The translations under genes and the position numbers were made by a program. DNA of 64,000 nt, taken from a bacterium (GTDB lineage: Bacteria > JADJOY01). Positions 47,614-57,979 of the stretch are shown here, piece by piece (the first letter of the stretch is position 1; each line of letters opens with the position of its first letter). The notes under the pieces were generated by a model, which was not told the DNA's origin, did not search any database, and saw only the letters and a program-made list of their open reading frames with translations. Location: the NCBI GenBank assembly GCA_046331705.1, contig JAXLQJ010000032.1:1-64000 (forward strand). Reading direction: 5' to 3'.

Positions 47614-48255
47614 TCACCTCGACCCGATGGGCTGATAGTACTGAGTCCCTCCGCGCATGCGCCGGATCTCCCGGACCAGGTTGTCGAAGTCCTCGCGCCG
47701 CTCGACGAAGTCGATCTCCGAGGTGTGCACCACCAAGAGTGGCGTCTCGGAATACTGGAAGAAGAACTCGTTGTAGGCGCGCGTCAGCTCTTCCAGATAC
47801 GGCGCGGTGATGTTGCGCTCGAAGTCGACCCCACGCTTGCGGATGCGTTGCAGGAGCACTTCGGGGCGGGCTTGCAGGTAGACCACCAGATCGGGCTTCA
47901 CGATGCGCGCGTCGAGCAGCCGATAGATCTGCTCGTAGAGTGCCACCTCGTTCTCGTCGAGGTTGAGGTGCGCGAAGATCCGATCCTTCGCGAACAGGTA
48001 GTCCGCGAGGGTGACGCGCTGGAAGAGATCCCCCTGCCCGATCAGCTTCTGCTGCTGGAAGCGGCTGAGCAGGAAGAAGATCTGCGTCTGGAACGCGTGC
48101 TTGGCGCGGTCCTGGTAGAACTTCCCGAGAAAGGGGTTCTCGTCGACCTTCTCGAAGATGCAGCGGGCGCGCAGCTCCTCGGCCAGGAGCTTGGCGAGGC
48201 TGGTCTTGCCGACCCCGATCGGCCCTTCGATGACGATGTACCGGGGGGCCTCCAT
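47614..48255 (-). CDS. Deoxynucleoside kinase
   Basis: IEGPIGVGKT, NPFL..FY, QIFFLLSRF, PDLVVYL. Confidence 0.92.
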   Translation of the reverse strand: MEAPRYIVIEGPIGVGKTSLAKLLAEELRARCIFEKVDENPFLGKFYQDRAKHAFQTQIFFLLSRFQQQKLIGQGDLFQRVTLADYLFAKDRIFAHLNLDENEVALYEQIYRLLDARIVKPDLVVYLQARPEVLLQRIRKRGVDFERNITAPYLEELTRAYNEFFFQYSETPLLVVHTSEIDFVERREDFDNLVREIRRMRGGTQYYQPIGSR

Positions 48256-48468
48256 GGCGCGTGCGACTTGGGGTCGGCGACGGGCGAGGCGAAGCGGTCG
48301 ACCGGCTCCGGACGAGCACCCGAGGGCGGTTCCGTAGCACGCGCTGGTTTTCGGTGTCAAGAAATCTTGGCGCAGCGCGTCAGCGGCATGACGCGCTCCG
48401 GCCGCGGAAAGTTCGAACCATTTTCTGCATTTAGCGCTAGCGACTGAAACACGTTGCCGCGGGAATCC

Positions 48469-48498
48469 TTGACTTGCCCCGAGGCGGTTCCGAATAAT
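48469..48498 (+). promoter_or_regulatory. Candidate sigma70 promoter for the LolA-like gene
   Basis: TTGACT-18 nt-AATAAT upstream of a GGAGG RBS and ATG 48565. Confidence 0.45.
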
Positions 48499-48564
48499 GC
48501 GCGCTCCGCCGCGCCGCTCCCGGCGCGGCGGGTCCACCGTCCCCGCTCGTCCGGAGGCCCGCTC

Positions 48565-49356
48565 ATGGCTCGATCCATCGTTCGAATCGGCGCCGCGCTC
48601 GTGATGCTCGCCGGCGCGTGGTCCGGGAGCGCGTACGCGATCACGGCCGCCGAGATCATGAAGCAGTCCCAGTCGATCCAGGAAAAGCCCGTCACCCGAC
48701 GCGGCAACATGACCATGACGCTGGTCGACAAGAACGGCGACCAGCGGGTCCGCAAGGTCACCACGTACTCGAAGAAGTTCGGCGAGGACACCAAGTCCGT
48801 GCTGTTCTTCCTGGAGCCCGCGGACGTGAAGGGCACGGGGTTCCTCCAGTTCAGCTACAAGTCGAGCGACCAGGACGACGACCAGTGGCTCTACCTGCCG
48901 GCGTTGAAGCGCATCCGCAAGATCACGTCGTCGAACAAGAACCAGAGCTTCATGGGCACCGACTTCTCGTACGACGACATGGCGACGCGCGACGTCGAGG
49001 AGGACGATCACAAGCTCCTGCGCGAGGAGAACGTCGGCGACCAGGCGGTGTGGGTCATCGAGAGCACACCCAAGAAGCTCGAGGAGGACGACGAGTACTC
49101 GAAGGCCGTCAGCTACATCCGCAAGAGCGACAGCCTGCCCGCCAAGGTCGAGTTCTACGACCGCAAGGGCGCCCTCGAGAAGACGCTGATGATCCAGGCC
49201 GTCACCGTGGTCGACGGCATCCCCACACCGCAGAAGCTCGAGATGACGAGCGTCGACACCCAGCACAAGACGCTGCTCGAGATGGACGGGCTCGAGTTCG
49301 ACAAGCCGCTCGAGGACGATCTCTTCACACAGCGCGTGCTCGAAAAGGGCCCGTGA
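48565..49356 (+). CDS. Outer-membrane lipoprotein-sorting (LolA-like) periplasmic protein
   Basis: Signal peptide; F.EPADVKGTGFL, DDQWLYLPALKRIRKI, FMGTDFSYDD. Confidence 0.9.
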   Translation: MARSIVRIGAALVMLAGAWSGSAYAITAAEIMKQSQSIQEKPVTRRGNMTMTLVDKNGDQRVRKVTTYSKKFGEDTKSVLFFLEPADVKGTGFLQFSYKSSDQDDDQWLYLPALKRIRKITSSNKNQSFMGTDFSYDDMATRDVEEDDHKLLREENVGDQAVWVIESTPKKLEEDDEYSKAVSYIRKSDSLPAKVEFYDRKGALEKTLMIQAVTVVDGIPTPQKLEMTSVDTQHKTLLEMDGLEFDKPLEDDLFTQRVLEKGP

Positions 49357-49363
49357 TCCGCCC

Positions 49364-50941
49364 GTGTCCGCGCGCCGCCGTCGAACGAGCTCCCGAGGCG
49401 CGCGCGCAGCCGCGACGCTCGCGCTCGCGTGCCTCGCGAGCCGGGTCCACGCTCTCGAATCCGCGCTCGGCCCCGCCAAGATCGACGTAGACGCGAGCGC
49501 CAAGCTGCGCACGGTGCTGCGCTTCGACGCCGACACCCCCACCGAGCAACCGACCTTCGATCTCGGGCTCAACGCCGACGCCGAGATCGGCGGCAAGCTC
49601 AAGCTGGTGACGCGGACGCTGCTGCGCTCGGACGGGACCGTCGCCGAGCCCACCAACGACCACACCCTCCACGACTTCCGCTCCGTCTTCCAGGACTCGA
49701 CCCCGTACGTGGAGTTCGAGGAGGCGTATCTCGACCTCGAGCTGCCGGCGGCAGCGGTGCGCGCCGGCATCCAGAAGTTCGCGTGGGGAAAGCTCGACGC
49801 GCTCAACCCCACCGATCACCTGAACCCCCTCGACCTCACGCGTCCGCTCGACGAGATCGAGAGCGCCTCCAAGATCGGCGTCCCCGCCATCGACGTGAAG
49901 CTCGTGCCCGAGCAGATCACCTCGACGGGCCCGTTCGAGATGATGGTGCTCGAGGGCGTGCTCGTCCCGATCGCCGGCAGCTTCCGGCTGCCCTCCGAGC
50001 ACGACCGCTGGTACCCGCCGCTGCTGCGGATCCCCGCGGAGGTGGTCGTGGATCCGCGCCTGGTGAGCTCGGAGCCGCCATTCGATCGGCTGTCGCCGTT
50101 TCCCGTCACCACCTCGCTCACTCTCGCCGAGAGCGACGCGCCCGAGGTGAACGCGGCCAACCTGCAGTGGGGAGCGCAGTGGACGACCTTCGTGGGAGGC
50201 GTGGACCTCGACCTCGCGTATTTCGAGGGCTTCGACACGCTGCCGACCGCCGTGCTCACCGGTTCGCTCACGTCGTACTCGCCGGGGCTCGGTGTCGCGC
50301 CCACCGTCAACGCGGACATGACGCTCACGCCCACGCTGGACCGGATCCGGCTCTTCGGCGGCGGATTCGCGGCGTCGGTGCTCGACCTCACGGTCAAGGG
50401 CAACTTCGCGTACATCCAGGGCCGCCGCTTCAACTTCGACATCTCCACCGACGATCTCTTCACCAATCCTCGGTTCGTCGATTTCCAGCCCCTGGTCCGG
50501 CAATTCCTCGACCGGTTCCCGGAACAGCTCTTCAACCAGACGCTCGAGGTGCCGGCGATCCCCATCTCGGTCGAGCGCGACTCGGTGAGCAGCGGTCTCC
50601 AGGTCGAGTACGTCACGGGCGATTGGATCTTCGACGTGGCCGGCTATCTCGACGTCATCCTCGATCCCGTGCCCGATCTGATCCAGGAACCCGTCGAGAG
50701 CCGCATCCTGGTGCAGATCCGGCGAACGTTCCTGCGCGAGACGCTCACCCTCGACCTCACGACCGTGTGGATGGTCGCCCAGGGCGAGCTGGTCGGAATG
50801 CCGAAGCTCGGCTACCAGGTTCTCGATGGGCTGACGGCGGAGGCCGGCGTGCTGGTGATCGAGGGCCCGAAGGACGCGCTCCTCGGCCAGTTCCGCCAGA
50901 ACGACGAGGCCTTCGCCCAGATCACGTACGCGTGGCAGTAG
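49364..50941 (+). CDS. Putative outer-membrane beta-barrel protein (DUF1302-like)
   Basis: Signal peptide; EAYLD, RAGIQ.FAWG..D, GQF..ND, terminal amphipathic strand AQITYAW; typical partner of LolA-like genes. Confidence 0.75.
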   Translation: MSARRRRTSSRGARAAATLALACLASRVHALESALGPAKIDVDASAKLRTVLRFDADTPTEQPTFDLGLNADAEIGGKLKLVTRTLLRSDGTVAEPTNDHTLHDFRSVFQDSTPYVEFEEAYLDLELPAAAVRAGIQKFAWGKLDALNPTDHLNPLDLTRPLDEIESASKIGVPAIDVKLVPEQITSTGPFEMMVLEGVLVPIAGSFRLPSEHDRWYPPLLRIPAEVVVDPRLVSSEPPFDRLSPFPVTTSLTLAESDAPEVNAANLQWGAQWTTFVGGVDLDLAYFEGFDTLPTAVLTGSLTSYSPGLGVAPTVNADMTLTPTLDRIRLFGGGFAASVLDLTVKGNFAYIQGRRFNFDISTDDLFTNPRFVDFQPLVRQFLDRFPEQLFNQTLEVPAIPISVERDSVSSGLQVEYVTGDWIFDVAGYLDVILDPVPDLIQEPVESRILVQIRRTFLRETLTLDLTTVWMVAQGELVGMPKLGYQVLDGLTAEAGVLVIEGPKDALLGQFRQNDEAFAQITYAWQ

Positions 50942-50990
50942 CGCGCCGCCTTTCGCGGCTCGACCCGTCTTGGACGCCGCGCGCGGACGG

Positions 50991-51587
50991 CTAGCGCCGG
51001 CGACGTTTGGCCGGCGGGGGCGGGGCCTCGACCTCGACGGCCACCGGATGGTGGCTGAGCGCCACGACGTTGCCGTCGGGATCCCGCACGTAGAGGGTGA
51101 ACGCCGTCTCGCGGAACACCGGATGGCCGGCGCGCTCGAGGCGCGTGCGCCAGCGCTCGCGCGCCGCAGGCTCGATCGCGAACGCCACGCAATGCCAGCC
51201 CGGCGCTTCGTCCTTGCGTACGGGTCTGGACTGCCCTGCGCGCTCCACCGCGAGAAACGCCCCGTTCCCCAGCTCGAGCCATACCGAGCGGGAGCGCCCT
51301 CCCTCGTCGGTCCAGCGCTTGACGACCTTGAGGCCGAGCACGTCGCGATAGAAGCGCTCGGCGCGCGGCAACCGCGCCACCACCACCGCCACGTGGTGCA
51401 CGCAGAGCGCCTCGCGCCCGCCCAGCCGCGCGAGCAGCTTGCGCGAGCTCTCGACGAGGGGCTTCGACGCCTCGGCGGCGAGCGAGGCGGCCAGCCGCGC
51501 GGCGTCCGCGGCCGATGCCGTGGCAGGAGCGCTCGCGAGCGAGCGCAGCAGCGCCGCCGCCTGGCGTGGGTTGCGAGGGACGCGCAT
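50991..51587 (-). CDS. VOC/glyoxalase family protein
   Basis: VHHVAV.V...AERFYRDVLGL; HCVAF; LYVRDPDGNVV.L. Confidence 0.85.
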   Translation of the reverse strand: MRVPRNPRQAAALLRSLASAPATASAADAARLAASLAAEASKPLVESSRKLLARLGGREALCVHHVAVVVARLPRAERFYRDVLGLKVVKRWTDEGGRSRSVWLELGNGAFLAVERAGQSRPVRKDEAPGWHCVAFAIEPAARERWRTRLERAGHPVFRETAFTLYVRDPDGNVVALSHHPVAVEVEAPPPPAKRRRR

Positions 51588-51597
51588 CGCGTGGGGA

Positions 51598-52635
51598 TCA
51601 GTAGTAGATGGTTCGCGTGCGGTGATACGGCTTGGTGCGCGGCGTCGAGCGCTGTCCGGCGTCCCACAGGATCCAATCCACCTGGGTGCTGGTGACGTTC
51701 GAGCCGCGCGCCGCCAACGCCTCGCGCAGCAGCTCGACCGCCCAGATCGTGGCGGCTCGGATCTCCACCTCCTCGGGCGAGCCCGGGGCGAGCAGCACGC
51801 GCCGCCCCACGCGCGCGGCGAGCGCCGGCGCGTACCGAAGGATCCCCCACGCGCGCAGCACCTGCGGCAGCTTGTAGTCGGCGAACGCGGTGAGCTGATC
51901 GATGTCGCGGAACGCGCCCCAGCGCTCGCCGCCGAACGCGCCCCACAGGTCTGCGACGAGAATCTGCGCGCGCTTGAAGAAGCGCACCTCGCGGCCGTCG
52001 TGGAGCGCGACGTCGTCGAACGAGGAGAACGACTCGGCCACCAAGCGGGCGAGCGCCGGCGCGCTGCCGCCGGCCGCGTCGACCAAGCGGGTCGCGCGCC
52101 CGTCCCAGCGGTCTCGCAGCACCCGTCCCAGCTCGCGCACGTTGCGCCAGCGCGCCTCGACGAGCGGTAGCTCGCCGCGGCCGCGGAAGATCGACGCGAA
52201 GAGCCGCGGCTCGAGCCCCGCCAGCAGATCGGCGTCGAGCAGCGCCGGCATCCGTGCGACGGCGCGGGTCAACGCGGCCGCCAGCGCCCAGTAGCCATCG
52301 AGCCAGCGACCGCGCCAGCGCAGCTGCCAGCGCGGCTCGCCCCAGAAGCAGAAGTTGACGGCGTCGACCAGAAAGACGTACGCGACGCTGCGCGGCCCGC
52401 CGTCGAAGAAGAGCTCGTCGCGGTGCCACGGCGGTGGTGTGCCGGCGCCGCGCGCGAGCCCATCGGCGACGCGCGCCAGACGCTCGTGGTCGATGCGCAC
52501 GTGGCGGGCGTGCTCCACCACGGGCACGGTGGAGACCAGCACGCCAAGCGGATCGGGGCGGCGCGCGAGAAGGGTGCGGAGTCGTGGCACGGAGCGCGCT
52601 CGTGGCACCGCCGCGGCTCGACGGTGCGACGGCAT
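51598..52635 (-). CDS. Queuosine salvage protein (DUF2419 / QNG1-like)
   Basis: DAVNFCFW, GYWALAAAL, FFKRAQILVADLW, LTAFADYKLPQVL, EVEIRA, C-terminal HRTRTIYY. Confidence 0.9.
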   Translation of the reverse strand: MPSHRRAAAVPRARSVPRLRTLLARRPDPLGVLVSTVPVVEHARHVRIDHERLARVADGLARGAGTPPPWHRDELFFDGGPRSVAYVFLVDAVNFCFWGEPRWQLRWRGRWLDGYWALAAALTRAVARMPALLDADLLAGLEPRLFASIFRGRGELPLVEARWRNVRELGRVLRDRWDGRATRLVDAAGGSAPALARLVAESFSSFDDVALHDGREVRFFKRAQILVADLWGAFGGERWGAFRDIDQLTAFADYKLPQVLRAWGILRYAPALAARVGRRVLLAPGSPEEVEIRAATIWAVELLREALAARGSNVTSTQVDWILWDAGQRSTPRTKPYHRTRTIYY

Positions 52636-52727
52636 GGTAGTTTCGCGGTCGCCACGCCATCAACACCCGCGCAACACAACCGCGCAGCCGCTCGGCGAAC
52701 GGGCGAGCGCTCGCGCCGAGGACTCGC

Positions 52728-53876
52728 GTGAACGAGGAAGCGGACTCTCGCGCCATCGACGACAGCGTCATGGACGACAGCGTGCGGTTCCGTCTGCCGG
52801 AACGCCCGGGAGCCAAGCCGGGCGACGCGCCGGGCATCGAGTACGACCAGCTCCTCACGATGCCGCGAGGCGAGCGTCCGGTCACGATCACGGTGATCGA
52901 CTACTGCCCGACGCGCCACGACGTTCGAACCCTCACGGATCTGAGCACGTTCCTGAGCGAGCATCGGCCGCCGGGGACGGTGGTGCGCTGGATCAACGTG
53001 GACGGGATCGACGATCCGCACGCGATCCGCGGCCTCGCCAAGAAGTACAGCTTGCACCCGCTGGCGATCGAGGACCTGCTGCACGTGCCGCAACGGCCGA
53101 AGGTCGATCCGTACGAGGCCGACGGCGACCACCACGCGCGCTTGTTCGTCATCGCGCGCATGCTCCAGCTGGTCGACGGCCGGCTCGAGAGCGAGCAGAT
53201 CGGCATGTTCCTGGGCCACAACACCGTCCTCACCTTCCAGGAGCAGCCGGGAGATTGCTGGGACCCCATTCGCCAGCGCATCGCGCGACAGGGCTCGCGA
53301 CTGCGCCAGAACGACGCGAGCTTCCTGCTCTACGCGCTCATCGACGCCATCGTGGACCACGCCTTCCCGATCCTCGAGGAATACGGCGACCGGCTGGAGG
53401 AGCTCGACGACGAGATCCTCGAGAACCCGAGCCCGGGGCTGATCCGCAAGGTGCACACGCTCAAGCGCGAGCTGTTGGTGCTTCGACGCGATTTCTGGCC
53501 GCTGCGCGAGGTGGTGAACTCGCTGCAGCGCGAGCCGCACGACTGCATGAGCGACACCACGCGCACCTACCTGCGCGACGTCTACGACCACCTCGTGCAG
53601 ATCATCGACATCGTCGAGAACTACCGCGAGATCGCCATCGGGATCGGCGAGTCCTACATGACCGCGATGAGCAACCGCATGAACGAGGTCATGAAGGTGC
53701 TCACGATCATCGCGACCATCTTCATCCCGATCACGTTCTTCGCGGGCGTCTACGGCATGAACTTCGAGTATCTGCCCGAGCTCAAGTGGCGCTTCGCCTA
53801 CCCGGCGTTCTGGATCATCAGTGGATTCGTCGCGGGCGGGATGCTGCTCTGGTTCCGGCGCCGCCACTGGCTGTGA
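52728..53876 (+). CDS. corA: Magnesium/cobalt transporter CorA
   Basis: LHPLAIED, QRPK, NEVMKVLT, GVYGMNF signature, two C-terminal TMs. Confidence 0.95.
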   Translation: MNEEADSRAIDDSVMDDSVRFRLPERPGAKPGDAPGIEYDQLLTMPRGERPVTITVIDYCPTRHDVRTLTDLSTFLSEHRPPGTVVRWINVDGIDDPHAIRGLAKKYSLHPLAIEDLLHVPQRPKVDPYEADGDHHARLFVIARMLQLVDGRLESEQIGMFLGHNTVLTFQEQPGDCWDPIRQRIARQGSRLRQNDASFLLYALIDAIVDHAFPILEEYGDRLEELDDEILENPSPGLIRKVHTLKRELLVLRRDFWPLREVVNSLQREPHDCMSDTTRTYLRDVYDHLVQIIDIVENYREIAIGIGESYMTAMSNRMNEVMKVLTIIATIFIPITFFAGVYGMNFEYLPELKWRFAYPAFWIISGFVAGGMLLWFRRRHWL

Positions 53877-53907
53877 GCGCGCTCCACCGGCGCGAGCGCC
53901 TGTCGCG

Positions 53908-55002
53908 TCACGCCGCGGGGCCCGCTCCGCGGGCTCCCGCCGTCTCGTTCGCGACCACCCAGTCGTCCACCCTCGCCCACTGCTCGTGGAGCCACGCCCG
54001 GCGGCCGGCGTCGTCGCGCGGGATCTCCGCGAACGGCACGCGCCAGAACGCCACCCGCAGCACCAGATCGTTGAGCCCGCCCGCCATGAACTCGCGGAAG
54101 CTCATGGCGCGCTCGAAGCCGACGTGGGCGCAGAACACCACGTCGGCTCCGGGGTTGCGCTCGAGGAGCGCGACCGGGCCGGCGAGCTTGGGCGGCAGCA
54201 CACGGCGTAGCCGCTCGGCCCGCGCGAGCAGATCGGCGTCGCCCTTGGCTGCGATCTGCTCGAGCGCGCGGCGCCGCTTCTCCGGCGTGAAGCGAGTGCC
54301 CTCGGGATAGATCAGCACGCCGTCCGCCGGGCCGAGCGCGCAGGTGAGTCGCAGCACCTCGGCCAGCGCCCGCTCGGTATCTCCCACCCCACGCCGCACG
54401 AAGCCGTTCGGCAAGCGCTGGCCCACGATGTCGAGACACGGATCCCAGAGCAGCTCCGACTTGAGCACGTAGCGCAAGCACACACCGAAGCGATCCGAGA
54501 CCAGCACCGCCGCGAGCACCGTGTCCGCCGTGCTCAGGTGCCGGATGAAGAAGAGCATCGGCCCGCTCGCGGCCGCGGCGTGGTTCTCGATCTCCACGCG
54601 CCATCGAAAGATGCGGCGCGCGCCGTCGAAGAGTGTCCGGGCCCACCAGCGTTGGAGCGCGAAGTTCCAGCGCAGGAAGCGCCGTTCCGCGCGGCCCGGG
54701 AAGACGGCGTCGCCGAGCCACACCGCGAACGCGGACCAGATGCCCGCCAGCTCGCACGAGAAGTAGAGCGTGAAGAAGCGCAGCGCGCGGGTCGCGACGG
54801 CGTGTCCGCGCACCCGATCGACGACCCACCCGGCCAGGAAGGCGGGCACGAAGAGCACCACCAGCGCCAGCGCGATCCCGTGATACGCGGCGATCGTCAA
54901 CGCGCGACGTCGCCAGCGTTGGCCGGTGGGCTCTGGTGGTGGTCGAGGAGGAAGCTCACATCCTTCGGCGAATGCGCGGGACGCCGTGCTCTCGGTGCTC
55001 AA
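53908..55002 (-). CDS. Lysophospholipid acyltransferase (PlsC-like); probable TTG start
   Basis: RHLSTADT (HX4D), YVLK.EL..DP, IYPEGTRF; AGGAGG upstream of TTG 55002. Confidence 0.85.
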   Translation of the reverse strand: MSTESTASRAFAEGCELPPRPPPEPTGQRWRRRALTIAAYHGIALALVVLFVPAFLAGWVVDRVRGHAVATRALRFFTLYFSCELAGIWSAFAVWLGDAVFPGRAERRFLRWNFALQRWWARTLFDGARRIFRWRVEIENHAAAASGPMLFFIRHLSTADTVLAAVLVSDRFGVCLRYVLKSELLWDPCLDIVGQRLPNGFVRRGVGDTERALAEVLRLTCALGPADGVLIYPEGTRFTPEKRRRALEQIAAKGDADLLARAERLRRVLPPKLAGPVALLERNPGADVVFCAHVGFERAMSFREFMAGGLNDLVLRVAFWRVPFAEIPRDDAGRRAWLHEQWARVDDWVVANETAGARGAGPAA

Positions 55003-55285
55003 ACCGCCAACCCCTCCTACCGTGCCACGGCGAAACGTAATCGACCCAGCGGGCGCGGGCACTCGTGCCCGGCAGCCGAGCGAGCGATTCGCGGCGAGGG
55101 CCGCGCTCGCTCGAGCTCCCCTCGGCCGCCCGTGGCCCGTGGACGCGCTCGGCGCACGATGGGATGCTCGCTCCCGAGCGCCACACCGTGCGCTCGCCAG
55201 CGCGCGCAGGCGCCGGCGCGACCACCCAAGCGCGGCGCAAAACCTCACCCGCACGTCGGAGCCGATCAGGTACGATCGTCGACTC

Positions 55286-57979
55286 ATGCGATCCGACTTG
55301 CTCGACAAGCCTCCGGTCGCGACCGCGAGCGATGCCGCCAGCCGTCCGCGAGTGCGTCGCTTCGCGTCGCTGCTCGGCGAGGTGAGCGTCGCGCTGGCGA
55401 TCGCGCTGCTCGTCGGTCGGCTGCTCTCCGCCGTCGTGCCGCCGCTGGCGGGCACGGTGCTCGCTCAGATTCGCGCACTCGGCGCGCTCGGGTTTCTTTG
55501 CTTCGGCGTGGCCGTCGCCGAGCTGGCGCGAAGTCCGAGCCCGCGGCGGCTGCGCGTCGCCGCCCCGACGCTCGCCCTCGCCATCCTCGGCGCGTTCGGC
55601 GTCGCCGCCGCGCTCCCGCCGTTGCGCCAGTTCGCGCTCGTCGAGTGGCTGGTGCGCAACCGACTGGCGGCCGCGCCAGTCACCGCCGCCAGCGACGTGC
55701 TGGCGGCGGCGGCGCTGCTGGAATTGCTGCTCCGACGCCGACCGCGGCTCTTCCAGATGGCGGCGTTCGTGATGCTCTTCGTCGGCGTCGTCTCCATGCT
55801 CGGTCTCACGCTCTCGGCCCGGGAGATCACCGAGGTCCTGGTGTTCCGCGAGATCCACGTGATCGGCGCGATCGGCGACGTGATCATGGGGGTCGGGCTG
55901 GTGTGCCTGCGTCCCGAGGTGGGCTTCCTCGCGCTGGTCACGCGCAAGGACCCCACGGGAGCGCTGGCCCGCCGCATCGCCGTGGGGCTCCTCACGATCC
56001 CCCTCGCGACGGTGCTGATCGACCGCCTCGGCACCCACCAATCCGGACTGTGGGGGGACCACTTCGGGCAAGCGCTCAACGCGACGCTGCAGATGACGCT
56101 CTTCGCCGTGATCCTGTGGGTCGGCGTGGAGGCGCTCGACCGCACCTCGCACGCCCGCAGCCAAGCCGAATCCGAGCTCGCGCAAGCGCGGATCGCGTAC
56201 CGCAACATCGTCGACACCATGGGCGAAGGGGTGTGGGTCTTCGATCAGGACATGCGGATCACGTTCGCGAACCGGCGCCTGGGCGAGATGCTCGGTTTCG
56301 AGCTCCCGGAGCTCGAGGGGCGACGGCTCGAGGAGTTCGTGCTCGCCGAGGATCTGGACGCGACCCGCATGCGGATCGAGCGGCGCAAGGCGGGCATCCG
56401 CGAGTCGTTCGACCAGCGGCTGGTGCGCAAGGACGGCTCGCTCCTGTGGGCGATCATCAACGCGAACCCGATGCTCGACGAGCAAGGCCGCTTCACGGGC
56501 TCGCTCGGCACGCTCACGGACATCACCGCGCGGCGCGCTGCCGAGGATGCGCGCCGCGAGAGCGAGGACCGCTTCCGGCAGATCGCCGAGCACGTGAGCG
56601 AGGTCTTCTTCGTGAGTCAGATCGATCCGCCACGGCTGCTCTACGCGAACACCGCGTTCGAGCGGATCTGGGGGGTCTCGCTCGCGACTCTCGCCCACAA
56701 CCCGAACGCGTGGATCGAGTCCATCCACGCCGACGACGTCGCGAACGTGAAAGCCGCGCTCGCTGCGTGCCACGCCCAGCCCGACGTCCCGTTCGACGTC
56801 CGCTACCGGGTGGTGCGTCGCGACGGATCGATCCGCTGGGTCCACGACCGGGGCCGCTCGTTGCGCGGTCCCGACGGCCGTCCGCACCGCGTGGTCGGCA
56901 TCGCCACCGACGTGACCGACCTGGCACTCGCCGAGGAGCGGCGCTCGCTGCTCATGAGCGAGCTCGACCACCGCGTCAAGAACACCCTTGCCACCGTGGT
57001 GGCGCTCCTCGACGTGACGATCGAGAACGAGACCGACCCCACCGCGCTGCGCGATGCGCTCACCAGCCGCATCTACGCCATGGCGCGCACCCACGACGGG
57101 CTGGCGCGGCTGCGCTGGGAGGCGGTTCCGGTGGCGCGCCTGGCCGAGCTCGCGCTGGCGCCCTGGCTCGGGTTGCCGACCGAGCGGATCACGCTCGAGG
57201 GCGATCCCGCGCGCCTGCCGGCGCGACTGGCCACGCCGCTCTCGCTCGCGCTCAACGAGCTCGCCACGAACTCGCTCAAGTACGGCGCCTTGACCTGCCC
57301 CAGTGGGCACGTGCGCGTGACCTGGCAGAGCGCCGACGGAGGGGATCTCTGCATCTCGTGGGTCGAGCGCGGCGGCCCGACGCCGCGACCGCCAGCGCGT
57401 CTCGGCACCGGGCTCACGTTGATGCGCGACCTGGTGGAATACCAGCTCCACGGCACGCTCACCGTCGCGTTCGCTGACGAGGGCGTCGAGGTCTCGATCC
57501 GCTTTCCGCTTCCGCGTGCCTCGAGCGACGTCGAGGCCTCGTCCGTGCGGCGGACGCCGCTGCCGACGACGCCGTCGACCGACGTCCGCTCCCGCACCCT
57601 CGCGGGTGTGCGCGTGCTGGTGCTCGAGGACGATCCGCTGCAGGCCCGCATGCTCTCACGCCAGCTGGCGCGCATGGGCTGCGAGGTGGCGGAGCTCGCA
57701 TCCACGGTCCAGGCCGCGCTGCGTTGCATCGAGCAAGACTCGCTCGACGGCGCGGTGCTCGACATCAACGTCGGCGGATCGTCGAGCCTGCCCGTGGCGA
57801 ACGCGCTGCTCGATCGCCGCGTGCCGTTCGTGTTCGTGAGCGGGTACGCGCTCTCGGAGGCCTTGCCGGCGGCGCTGGCGCGCGTGCCGCGGCTCACCAA
57901 GCCGGTCGAGCCCGCCGAGCTCGAAGCGTTGGCCAAGCGCCACTTCGCCCGCGGCGCGCCGCAGGCCGAGCCCTCATGA
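55286..57979 (+). CDS. Membrane PAS-PAS HWE-type histidine kinase with a C-terminal receiver
   Basis: TM region; two PAS/PAC domains (DIT, DVT); ELDHRVKN, NELATNSLKYG, W.E.GGP; REC LEDD..LDIN..SGY..KP. Confidence 0.9.
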   Translation: MRSDLLDKPPVATASDAASRPRVRRFASLLGEVSVALAIALLVGRLLSAVVPPLAGTVLAQIRALGALGFLCFGVAVAELARSPSPRRLRVAAPTLALAILGAFGVAAALPPLRQFALVEWLVRNRLAAAPVTAASDVLAAAALLELLLRRRPRLFQMAAFVMLFVGVVSMLGLTLSAREITEVLVFREIHVIGAIGDVIMGVGLVCLRPEVGFLALVTRKDPTGALARRIAVGLLTIPLATVLIDRLGTHQSGLWGDHFGQALNATLQMTLFAVILWVGVEALDRTSHARSQAESELAQARIAYRNIVDTMGEGVWVFDQDMRITFANRRLGEMLGFELPELEGRRLEEFVLAEDLDATRMRIERRKAGIRESFDQRLVRKDGSLLWAIINANPMLDEQGRFTGSLGTLTDITARRAAEDARRESEDRFRQIAEHVSEVFFVSQIDPPRLLYANTAFERIWGVSLATLAHNPNAWIESIHADDVANVKAALAACHAQPDVPFDVRYRVVRRDGSIRWVHDRGRSLRGPDGRPHRVVGIATDVTDLALAEERRSLLMSELDHRVKNTLATVVALLDVTIENETDPTALRDALTSRIYAMARTHDGLARLRWEAVPVARLAELALAPWLGLPTERITLEGDPARLPARLATPLSLALNELATNSLKYGALTCPSGHVRVTWQSADGGDLCISWVERGGPTPRPPARLGTGLTLMRDLVEYQLHGTLTVAFADEGVEVSIRFPLPRASSDVEASSVRRTPLPTTPSTDVRSRTLAGVRVLVLEDDPLQARMLSRQLARMGCEVAELASTVQAALRCIEQDSLDGAVLDINVGGSSSLPVANALLDRRVPFVFVSGYALSEALPAALARVPRLTKPVEPAELEALAKRHFARGAPQAEPS

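Noticed and set aside
45129-48255. Deoxynucleoside kinase-panB-panC-panD clustering as a novelty
   Set aside because: A well-known housekeeping arrangement.
49325-52891. 1188-aa minus-strand ORF, and similar very long Arg/Ala-rich ORFs such as 54538-57477 and 30632-33307
   Set aside because: Shadow or antisense frames of real genes in high-GC DNA, with no recognisable motifs.
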